A stretch of DNA of 64,000 nucleotides. It comes from Candidatus Woesebacteria bacterium. GTDB taxonomy: Bacteria; Patescibacteriota; Microgenomatia; UBA8517. The position numbers and the translations under genes were made by a program. Position 1 is the stretch's first letter. Each line of letters starts with the position of its first letter. Location of the stretch: contig CP058602.1 of NCBI GenBank assembly GCA_013426185.1, forward strand, positions 271,123 through 335,122, in the 5' to 3' direction. Below the pieces are notes generated by a model. The model ran no database searches. It had not been told where the DNA came from and saw only the letters and a list, made by a program, of their open reading frames with translations. Positions 28,854 to 37,178 of the stretch are shown piece by piece.

Positions 28854-29864
28854 CTACTTCAAACGAGCCAGATTAGCATCAACAAGCATCTGAACAAGCT
28901 CTTTAAAAGAGGTTTTGGGCTTCCAGCCAAGAACTTTCTTTGCTTTTGATGGATCAGCCACAAGAGGCCCAGTTTCAGTAGGTCTTATGAAACGAGGATC
29001 AACATAAATATACTTTTTATAGTCAAGGCCAACATAAGAAAAGGCCTCTTCACAAAGCTCTTTGATAGAGTGAGTTTCACCTGTACCTACAACAAAATCA
29101 TCAGGTTCTTTGTGCTGAAGCATTAGCCACATGCTTTCTACATAATCACCAGCAAAACCCCAATCTCGTCTTGCTTCGAGATTGCCAAGTGCCACTTTTC
29201 CATCTTTAACAATGGGTTCTCCCTCTTCATTCAAATGCTGACTAGTTCTAATACCAAGCTTTGCACAGGCAGCAGCATAAGTAACTTTTTGGGTTACAAA
29301 ACCAAGACCACGGCGAGGCGACTCGTGATTAAATAAAATACCACAGGAAATAAACATTTTATAACTCTTTCGATAAATTCTGGCAATATTATGAGCATAA
29401 AGCTTTGCGGCAGCATAAGGATTTGCGGGATTAAAGGGCGTTTCTTCATTTTGTGGAATCTCCTTCACCCATCCGAACATCTCGCTAGATGACGCTTGAT
29501 AAAACCTCGCATTAGGAACTACGTCTAAAGCAGCATCCATTACTCTATGAGCACCAATACCAGTTATTTCAGCTGTGTGAATAGGCTGTCTGAAGGATTC
29601 GGCGGGATGAGATTGAGAAGCTAAATTATAAATTTCATCGGGCTTAACTTTTTGTATAGCCTCTCTTATTGCCACAGGGTCAAGTAAATCTGCCTGAATA
29701 AGATTAAGCCTCTCTTGAATGTGAGCAATATTGGCATAATAAAAGTGGCTAGTTTTTCTTACAATACCCGAGACCTCGTAACCCTTTTTAAGAAGAAATT
29801 CAGCCAAGTAAGAACCGTCTTGACCAGTGATACCCGTAATAAGTGCCTTTTTCTTCTTTGACAT
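28854..29864 (-). CDS. gmd: GDP-mannose 4,6-dehydratase
   Basis: 'ALITGITGQDGSYLAEFLLKKGYEVSGIVR' N-terminus, a YxxxK active site, and the conserved 'RRGxxFVTxK' region. Full length of 336 aa. Confidence 0.9.
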   Translation of the reverse strand: MSKKKKALITGITGQDGSYLAEFLLKKGYEVSGIVRKTSHFYYANIAHIQERLNLIQADLLDPVAIREAIQKVKPDEIYNLASQSHPAESFRQPIHTAEITGIGAHRVMDAALDVVPNARFYQASSSEMFGWVKEIPQNEETPFNPANPYAAAKLYAHNIARIYRKSYKMFISCGILFNHESPRRGLGFVTQKVTYAAACAKLGIRTSQHLNEEGEPIVKDGKVALGNLEARRDWGFAGDYVESMWLMLQHKEPDDFVVGTGETHSIKELCEEAFSYVGLDYKKYIYVDPRFIRPTETGPLVADPSKAKKVLGWKPKTSFKELVQMLVDANLARLK

Positions 29865-29904
29865 AAAAGTATCAGTATTATAAACCCATTAATGATAGAT
29901 AAGC

Positions 29905-30160
29905 AAGAGACAAACAATGCATAAAACAAATTCCAAGTTCCAATATACAAATTACAAACAAATCACAATATACAAATTCCAAATTACAAATCACAAACTA
30001 CAAGAAACAAATTCTAAATTCTAATATCTAAATTCTAAATCCTAAACCCTGAACCAGAATAAATTCGATTCAGGGCAGGCAAATTCCAAATCACAAATTA
30101 CAAACAAAAAAATTCCAACTTTTAACTTTTAACTTTGAACTTTTAACTATTTATTAATTT
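29905..30160. repeat. Mosaic intergenic repeat: ACAAATT and CTAAATC heptamer arrays, a hairpin core (copy c, 30047-30085), AACTTTT heptamers
   Basis: The core 'ccctgaaccagaataaattcgattcagggcaggcaaatt' also occurs at 10071-10109 and, inverted, at 8549-8587. Confidence 0.8.
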
Positions 30161-30400
30161 GGCTTTCTACTTTCTACTTGCATCTCTTTTACCTTTTACC
30201 TCTTGCCTTTTACTTACTAGATTAGAACAAAGAACAAAGGGAAAAAATCTGAACTTAGTATTATGAATTATGTATTATGCAGAAAAATGCATTGTTCCCA
30301 TAATACATAATACAAGATACTAGATACAATCTTCCGGCCAGCTTTTGACCAACTCCACTGCAAGCGGGGACTAGCTTCGACCAGCTTCGACCAGCTTCGA
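30161..30400. repeat. Inverted-repeat element copy B (inverse of 27515-27702) followed by a 3x 10-mer 'CAGCTTCGAC' tandem
   Basis: The reverse complement aligns with copy A over ~185 bp. The hairpin stem is at 30267-30279 / 30299-30311. Confidence 0.8.
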
Positions 30401-30406
30401 CCAGTT

Positions 30407-31606
30407 TCACGCTACCCAATAGCCCCTGATGAAATAGGTAAGAAGAATAAATTGAAGAATAATCAGAAATGGTATTACCAACTTTACAAGACGTGGATAT
30501 TTTTCTGCCAAAAAAGGAAAAATCAAAAAGGCGGTTAAAGTATAACGAGGCATTGAGGTTAGAGTTCCTGTTAGGGTAGGTATAATTAAAACCAAAAAAG
30601 TAAAAATAAAATAAGAAAACCTCATTTTTCTGATAAAAAGAAAAAGCAAAGAAAAAAACAAAAGGGCAAGTAACAACTCAAATAAAGCAATGTTAAATTG
30701 ATAAGAAAAGATCGGAGTGTGAATAAAAATTTTGAAGTATCTATAAACTACTTGAGGCAAAAGAATAATTGGTTTGTCGCTTCTTTCTGCTGCAAAAAGA
30801 GGTTGTGCCTCAACAAAATAAAAAGGCTTACCAAAAAATTTCCAAAGATAAAACATATAAAAAACAAGACCTAAAGGAGAAATCAAAACTCCCAAAAAAT
30901 CTTTTAGAAATTGCTTTGACAGTTTTATTTTGCCTTTATAATTTAGATAAAACTCAATAAGAATAAGCAGAAAAAGACAAACTCCAACTACCTTTGTGAG
31001 AGAAGCAAAAGCGGCAAAAATACCTGCAAACAAAAATTTTTTCTTGAAAGAAAAATAAACAGAAAGAGAAGCTAAAAACAAAAACAAAGATTCGGTATAA
31101 ATAGCTCCAAAATAAAAACCAGTCGGCCAGGACAAAAGCAAGATAAGAGAAAGAAGAGCAGTTTTTGAATTAAAAATATTTTTGACTAGAAGATAAAAGG
31201 CATAAAAAGCCAACAAAGCAAAAACGTTTGAGACCAAAAGGGCAACGGCAAAAAAAGAGGGATCAACATAAACACTGGTATCAAGAGCCATATCTTTGGG
31301 CAAGAAATTCAAAATTCTAACGAGGAAAGGATAGAGAGGAAAAAATGCCTGAGAAGGTATAAAATCATAGCCGTTTTGAGCTATCCTTAAATAATGCACT
31401 CCATCAAAACCTCCCCATCCCCAAAGCCAAGGTGGAAGTTTGGTTATCTCCAAAACCCTTTCAACATAAGGAAACCAATGGCCATAATTGGGTACTAAAA
31501 AAACAGAAAGATAAGAAACAACAAAAAGTAAAATTCTCCATAATAAAAAGACAAAGAAAACAAGAAGAAAATCATTTCGCAACAATTTAGAAAAGAATTT
31601 TTTCAT
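30407..31606 (-). CDS. GT-C mannosyltransferase-like membrane protein (PIG-V / GT76-like, bacterial DUF-type)
   Basis: 'PWLWGWGGFDGVHYLRIAQNGYDF...AFFPLYP' resembles the PIG-V family W-DG-HY..IA..GY motif. Multi-TM. Confidence 0.45.
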   Translation of the reverse strand: MKKFFSKLLRNDFLLVFFVFLLWRILLFVVSYLSVFLVPNYGHWFPYVERVLEITKLPPWLWGWGGFDGVHYLRIAQNGYDFIPSQAFFPLYPFLVRILNFLPKDMALDTSVYVDPSFFAVALLVSNVFALLAFYAFYLLVKNIFNSKTALLSLILLLSWPTGFYFGAIYTESLFLFLASLSVYFSFKKKFLFAGIFAAFASLTKVVGVCLFLLILIEFYLNYKGKIKLSKQFLKDFLGVLISPLGLVFYMFYLWKFFGKPFYFVEAQPLFAAERSDKPIILLPQVVYRYFKIFIHTPIFSYQFNIALFELLLALLFFSLLFLFIRKMRFSYFIFTFLVLIIPTLTGTLTSMPRYTLTAFLIFPFLAEKYPRLVKLVIPFLIILQFILLTYFIRGYWVA

Positions 31607-32720
31607 AAACCTTCAAAGTTTCTCTTGCTGTTTTTAACCAAGAAAAATCTTCGACTCTTTTTAAACCCTTTTCAACAAGCCTTTTCCTTAAATCTTTTTG
31701 AGAAATTATTTCATTAAGCTTCTCTTTGAGATCAGAAACACTATAAGGATCAAAAAACAAAGCAGCATCAGAAGCTATTTCTCTATGCGCACCTATATCG
31801 CTTGCCAAAACAGGCGTTCCACAGGACATTGCTTCAAGCAAAGGAAGACCAAAGCCTTCATAAAAAGAGGGTTGAACATAAAGTGTCGCCAAATTGTAGA
31901 TAGCAACAAGGTCATTATCAGGCACAAAACCCAAACGAACAACTTTTTTACTCTTAGATATAATTTTAGAGAGATTTTTAAGATGACTAATTTCTGGGTG
32001 AGATTTGCCGAACAAAAATCTTACCCAATCCATTGGTCCTGCCAAATTTTTCTCTTGATGCAAATTGTCAATTTCGAGAGCTTGCTTGCCTACTATTACC
32101 AATGTTAAATCAAGGCTATCACATGCCTCAACTAAAGTGGATATGTTTTTATTGTAATTAACATCACCAACATAAAGTACAAACTTATCAGGCAAACTGT
32201 AGCGCTTCGCAACTTCCAACTGCCAACTTCCAGCTGACAGCCGTTTGAAAATATCGCGGGGTGCAAGATAAATAACATCAATTTTTCCTTGCGGGTAAGA
32301 AAGAAACTTAACTATATCTTTTTTGGAGGTTTCAGAGATGGTAACTATTCTATCAACATCAGAAAGCCTTGATTTTTGAAACTTAAAATTAAGCCTTCCC
32401 CTGACACCTGGCGGATAATGACTTGGATAGATAAGAGGAATCAAGTCGTGAATAGTAAGAACAACTTTATTGGCAGGCTTTGAGAGAGGAAGAGTTTTAA
32501 AAAAGGGATGAAAGTATTGATAATGAACAAGATCAAAATTTGATAAATCAAAGGATGAAAAATCAACTGCTTTAACCTTTATTTTGTTTTTGCCAAAAAC
32601 AAAATCAGACTTGGGTAATTTCTCAAAAGCAGATATTAACTCACGAGTGTTTACTCCAATACCCCGAACCTTATGTCCAGATATTAAAGGAGATGTGTCA
32701 ACAGCAACTTTTTTAATCAT
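31587..32720 (-). CDS. GT4 glycosyltransferase
   Basis: 'EGFGLPLLEAMSCGTPVLASD' motif. Confidence 0.7.
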   Translation of the reverse strand: MIKKVAVDTSPLISGHKVRGIGVNTRELISAFEKLPKSDFVFGKNKIKVKAVDFSSFDLSNFDLVHYQYFHPFFKTLPLSKPANKVVLTIHDLIPLIYPSHYPPGVRGRLNFKFQKSRLSDVDRIVTISETSKKDIVKFLSYPQGKIDVIYLAPRDIFKRLSAGSWQLEVAKRYSLPDKFVLYVGDVNYNKNISTLVEACDSLDLTLVIVGKQALEIDNLHQEKNLAGPMDWVRFLFGKSHPEISHLKNLSKIISKSKKVVRLGFVPDNDLVAIYNLATLYVQPSFYEGFGLPLLEAMSCGTPVLASDIGAHREIASDAALFFDPYSVSDLKEKLNEIISQKDLRKRLVEKGLKRVEDFSWLKTARETLKVYEKILF

Positions 32721-33469
32721 ACCTTTTCCCTTCTTGATTCCTCATAATAATTCTTGGGATAAATCGAGATTTCTTCTTTTAAAGTACCGTTTTTTATCTT
32801 TGCAATAATCGTTTTTGCTAGATCAATAGGATCAAGATAAGCTTTGCCCTTTTTGTTCTTCTTTATCTTCTCCTCAAGAGTCAAGGGACCAAAAGCAGTT
32901 AGAACACTCCCCAAAGTCAAAAGAATAAAATTAACATTTGTATTTTTATATTCCTTGGCAAGAGAAAGCATTAAGCCGCGAAGCCCAAATTTACTGGCGC
33001 AGTAAGCGCTTCTTTTTGAGACTGCTATTTTCCCCATCCCGGAACCCATACTAAAAACTAAGGACTTCTGAGATTTCTTAAGAAGAGGCAAAAATTCCTT
33101 AATCACCAAAAAAACTGAATCAAGGTTAATAGATAAAGACTTCCTCCACTCATCAAAACTCAAATCCTCAAGCTTCTTATAAATACCAATTCCGGCGGCA
33201 TTAACTAAGATGTCAATATTTTTAAAACTAGAAGACACTTTTCTTACCAGCCTTCTCACTTCTTTTTCAGAAGAAATATCTGTTTTAAATATAAACATCT
33301 TCCCTTTAAAGCCCAAGCTTTTTATTTCTTTTTGAAGAGCTTTTAAAATCAACACTCTTCTCCCAACCAAAACCAAGTTAGTGCCTTCAAGAGCAAAAGC
33401 AAAAGACAACGCCCGTCCAATGCCACCCGTTGCTCCTATTATCACCACATTTTTATCTTTAAGCTGCAT
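32717..33469 (-). CDS. Short-chain dehydrogenase/reductase (SDR)
   Basis: 'VVIIGATGGIGRALSFAFALEG' Rossmann TGxxxGxG, 'NAAG', and a YxxxK ('YCASKFG'). Confidence 0.75.
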   Translation of the reverse strand: MQLKDKNVVIIGATGGIGRALSFAFALEGTNLVLVGRRVLILKALQKEIKSLGFKGKMFIFKTDISSEKEVRRLVRKVSSSFKNIDILVNAAGIGIYKKLEDLSFDEWRKSLSINLDSVFLVIKEFLPLLKKSQKSLVFSMGSGMGKIAVSKRSAYCASKFGLRGLMLSLAKEYKNTNVNFILLTLGSVLTAFGPLTLEEKIKKNKKGKAYLDPIDLAKTIIAKIKNGTLKEEISIYPKNYYEESRREKV

Positions 33470-33507
33470 ATTTAATCAAGTTTAACAAAACAAATAGGAT
33501 AAAAATA

Positions 33508-35145
33508 CTATCTTGTTGAGACAATATAAAAAGCCACCTTGCCATTTGAAAGATAAATCTTCTCAAGCAACTTATCGCCTAAAACTTTCTCGTCAGGGAA
33601 GCTCCACGGGCTACCTACTAAAAGAGCATTCTTATTTAATGAATCCCTATACCAATTAATATAACCAAAAGCATATTTATCAAATGAAAAATAGGGCTCA
33701 TCTTGGTATATATCTCTTATTTTTTCTATAGTCTGATACTTTTCGGGGTCATATTTTGAATAAAACAAGAGATACATATGGGGATTATTTACCATATAAG
33801 GCCCATCAACACCCCTTCTGATATCAAAGATAACCTTATCATACTTATCTTGATATTTAAGGACGGCATAAACAACTTCTCTTAAACCTTCGTCAAAAGA
33901 TTCGCTTTTTTGATAAGGGAAATGAACTCTAAAAACAAGAAAAGCAAAAACCAAATTTAAAATAACTAAAGACGAAAAAACAAATATAAAAGAAAATCTA
34001 AGCAACCTATTTTTGAAAGAGAAAATCCATTTTATAAAGCTAAAGGCACCAAGAGTAGTCAAAAAGAAGATTATAGGAGTAAGATGTAAGAGACGGCCAG
34101 CATGTTGCTCATTGTTGGTAATAGAATCAGGAATTATCCCGGTAAATAACCAAATCAAAAGAATATCTTTATTTCTATTTTTCCATTTTACAAACTCAAA
34201 AATACCAAAGCCTAAAAACAAAGCCTCAAATGGACACAATAAACCCAAACCCATATTTGATGGTAAGACCATCTGCAAAGCATTTGAAAAAATGAAAAAC
34301 GGCTGGAGATAATTAAGGTATCTTTTAATCCAAAAGAAAAAAAGATAAATATAATCAACAAGACCGTTTAGATAACCAAAAATAACATAACGAACATAAT
34401 TTATATCATTTGCAATAAATACCATCTTAAAACGTGTACTTGCACCTTGAAATAAAGAAACATAAACAAGAGGCAAAGACAAAAACAAAAAGGTAAGAAT
34501 AAACAAACTAGTTTGTTTTTTACTTTTCAAGAGGTCCTTAATTTTAAAGACAGATATTGCAAAAACAAAGATAGGAATAAAAAGCCTCTGAGCAAAACCT
34601 GTATACATTGTTAAAACCATAAAAAGAGCTGAAAGAAATGAAAATCTTAGTTTTCTGTCATCAAGCATCTTCATAAAAAACCAAATACCAAGCATAGAGA
34701 AAAAACTTGCTATTAACGGTTCATAAGCAAAGCGAGAATAAAAAATATTCCAAGGAGAAATTGATAAAAATAGACTCCCCAAAAGAGCAAAATTATCTTT
34801 TCCAGTCAAATATTTAAGAAAAAAGAAAAAGAAAAAAACGAAAAGGGTGCCAAAAAGAGCATTCTGAAAACGTATAGCAAAATCAGAAACTCCAAATATT
34901 TTAAAAGACAAAACCATAAGGTAGGCCGGCAGAGGGTTTTTGTAATCGCCGATTGACTCGATAACCAGCGGTAAAAACCTCCCCGATTCATCTCTACCCG
35001 TTTCCAAAATTGAGTAAGCAGCATAGCCAAAAGATATCTCATCACCGGTCAGGCTAGTAGGATTTTTATCTACTTTATAGAATCTCAAAAATCCCCCAAA
35101 CAAAGTGATAATAATTAAAATCAAAAGAGTATTTTTCTTTATCAT
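33508..35145 (-). CDS. GT-C glycosyltransferase, ArnT/PMT-like (GT39/GT83-like, PMT_2-type)
   Basis: N-terminal TM helix then 'TGDEISFGYAAYSILETGRDESGRFLPL' DE-loop typical of ArnT/PMT. 545 aa, polytopic, with a C-terminal soluble domain. Confidence 0.65.
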   Translation of the reverse strand: MIKKNTLLILIIITLFGGFLRFYKVDKNPTSLTGDEISFGYAAYSILETGRDESGRFLPLVIESIGDYKNPLPAYLMVLSFKIFGVSDFAIRFQNALFGTLFVFFFFFFLKYLTGKDNFALLGSLFLSISPWNIFYSRFAYEPLIASFFSMLGIWFFMKMLDDRKLRFSFLSALFMVLTMYTGFAQRLFIPIFVFAISVFKIKDLLKSKKQTSLFILTFLFLSLPLVYVSLFQGASTRFKMVFIANDINYVRYVIFGYLNGLVDYIYLFFFWIKRYLNYLQPFFIFSNALQMVLPSNMGLGLLCPFEALFLGFGIFEFVKWKNRNKDILLIWLFTGIIPDSITNNEQHAGRLLHLTPIIFFLTTLGAFSFIKWIFSFKNRLLRFSFIFVFSSLVILNLVFAFLVFRVHFPYQKSESFDEGLREVVYAVLKYQDKYDKVIFDIRRGVDGPYMVNNPHMYLLFYSKYDPEKYQTIEKIRDIYQDEPYFSFDKYAFGYINWYRDSLNKNALLVGSPWSFPDEKVLGDKLLEKIYLSNGKVAFYIVSTR

Positions 35146-36320
35146 CTTATTTTTACTTCTTGGATTTTGCCATAATATCTAATAAATCTTTCCTTTTCTT
35201 TGGTTCTAATATCATAAAGCGTAAAAATAAACTGGAAAATTAATATAAATAAAGAAAGAATGATTAAAAATCGAAAACGCAAGCCTTTAGAATCAGACAG
35301 AGAAGAAAAGCCGTAACTAATAAGATAAATAACGACGGGAAAAAACAAAATTAGTCTATCTATGTTTATAAGATTAAGAGACATTAATGATGGCAAAAGC
35401 AATACCAGACCTAAAATTAGATACTTATTTCTAGAGATAAAAGATTTATAAAGACCATAAACAAAAGGAATCAAAAAACCTAAAAATATAGGGGGGCTGA
35501 AAGAAAAACCAAACATCTTTTCCTGAGATGTAAAAAATGTAGCGGGAGTTAAACTCTGCAATAATTTCAAAACAATAAATTCAAAACCCAAAATATATTT
35601 ATTCTCAACAATCTTTGAAAGAAAACCAAAGCCTTCTCTAACTGACTCGCCGCGATAGGTATTAATCATATTGATAAAACCGGGATCACCAAAGGCGCTC
35701 AATTCATTCTTAAAATATGAAAAGACAGCTTCTTTATTAACCAAGTAAGTGACAACAATTAAAGAAAAAACCAATATCAAGGAAAATATTAGAAATTTCT
35801 CTACCGTGCTTCTTAATTTTTTATCTTCCACTAAAAGGTAAAATAAAAACCAGAACAAAGGCAAAATAAAAAGGAAAAATAACGAGGTTGATATCCCAAG
35901 AAATAAGGAAAAAGTAATGACAAAAATAGATAATCCCTTATTCTCTTTTAGCAAGATGATACCCAAAACAAAAAGAAGTACTATAGACAAAAAGAAAATG
36001 TATGGAGAAACAAATGCAGTATGATAAAAAGACCAAGGACTAAAAGAATAAATCAAAAGAGGTAAAAGTGGGTTCTTGTCTGCAAAAAAATAATTACCTA
36101 AAACAAAAATCAAAAATAAATTAAAAAATTCTGATAAGTAAATGAATGTTTTAGTAATATAAAATTCTTTACCTAGAAAAGTAGAAATAAAAAACTTGTC
36201 TGGCAAAATAGAAACCCCAGACAAATGTTTTGATAAAAAATAAACCAAAAGAAAATGGAGAAAAACAATCAAAAAAAATCTAGGAAGGTATTTATTTACT
36301 CTTAGGAAAGACATGATCAA
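35142..36320 (-). CDS. Polytopic membrane protein
   Basis: 392 aa, multi-TM, translationally coupled on both sides. Confidence 0.45.
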   Translation of the reverse strand: MIMSFLRVNKYLPRFFLIVFLHFLLVYFLSKHLSGVSILPDKFFISTFLGKEFYITKTFIYLSEFFNLFLIFVLGNYFFADKNPLLPLLIYSFSPWSFYHTAFVSPYIFFLSIVLLFVLGIILLKENKGLSIFVITFSLFLGISTSLFFLFILPLFWFLFYLLVEDKKLRSTVEKFLIFSLILVFSLIVVTYLVNKEAVFSYFKNELSAFGDPGFINMINTYRGESVREGFGFLSKIVENKYILGFEFIVLKLLQSLTPATFFTSQEKMFGFSFSPPIFLGFLIPFVYGLYKSFISRNKYLILGLVLLLPSLMSLNLINIDRLILFFPVVIYLISYGFSSLSDSKGLRFRFLIILSLFILIFQFIFTLYDIRTKEKERFIRYYGKIQEVKIR

Positions 36321-37177
36321 GAATTCTTAAGATACCTGAAATAAGCCCTTGGGAACCTTAAAGCTGAAAAGAAGCTGAAGACTATCCCCTGCCAGCCATC
36401 AAGTATACCCTTATGTCTTATTTGAGTTAAAAAGAACCAATGCAAGGGTTTAAAAACAAAGAAATTTAGAAATTGAACAGGGTTTTTACCAACTCCATCT
36501 TTCTTCAAATTTTTTGCAATCAGGTCTATATACCTTGAATTCCTTTCAAGGTATCTTTTGAAATTAGGCGAATCATAATGAAAAAGCGGTTTACTAAGCC
36601 ATCCAACCCTACCTTGAACTACTATTTGCTCATGAACATCCTTGCAAGGAAAATAAGCCTTTCCCTTTTTGACCAATCTAATGACACCATCTGGATAAGT
36701 ACCACCATACTTTAGAAACTTACCTAAAAAATAGTTTCTTCTTGGGATAAAAAAACCAGCATACTCCCCATTTCCCCCTATTTTTCCATCTCTTTCTTCA
36801 AGCAAAGCCTGATGTCTTAAAAACAAATCTCTTTCTTTTAAAGATTTTTGATACAAATCAATTTCTTCCTCACTCATATTAATTATTTTTTTAATTTCGC
36901 AAGCAAGATCTTTTGAGACAACTTCATCAGCATCAAGCTGCAAAATCCAACTATACCGCGCAAGATCTAACGCCTTTTGCTTATTGATATGGAATATTGG
37001 AGGATTATCAGTAACTAAAACTTTAGCTTTAAATCTTTTTGCTATTTGGACAGTTTTATCCTTTGAAGAGCCATCAACAACAACTATTTCACTGGCAATA
37101 TCAATAACCGAATCAAGACATCTGCCAATATTTTCTTCCTCATTATATGTCGCTAAAACTACCGAAAGTTTATTCAT
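36317..37177 (-). CDS. GT2 glycosyltransferase (paralog of 61346..62179 and 63146..end)
   Basis: 'LSVVLATYNEEENIGRCLDSV...VVVDGSSKDKTVQIAKRFKAKV' and 'LDADE'. Confidence 0.7.
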   Translation of the reverse strand: MNKLSVVLATYNEEENIGRCLDSVIDIASEIVVVDGSSKDKTVQIAKRFKAKVLVTDNPPIFHINKQKALDLARYSWILQLDADEVVSKDLACEIKKIINMSEEEIDLYQKSLKERDLFLRHQALLEERDGKIGGNGEYAGFFIPRRNYFLGKFLKYGGTYPDGVIRLVKKGKAYFPCKDVHEQIVVQGRVGWLSKPLFHYDSPNFKRYLERNSRYIDLIAKNLKKDGVGKNPVQFLNFFVFKPLHWFFLTQIRHKGILDGWQGIVFSFFSALRFPRAYFRYLKNS

Positions 37178-37178
37178 A

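Noticed and set aside
30360-30400. 3x tandem 10-mer CAGCTTCGAC as a possible regulatory site
   Set aside because: It lies 3' of the stop codon of 30407..31606 and within the larger inverted-repeat element, so it is more simply part of that repeat. There is no adjacent promoter or gene start.
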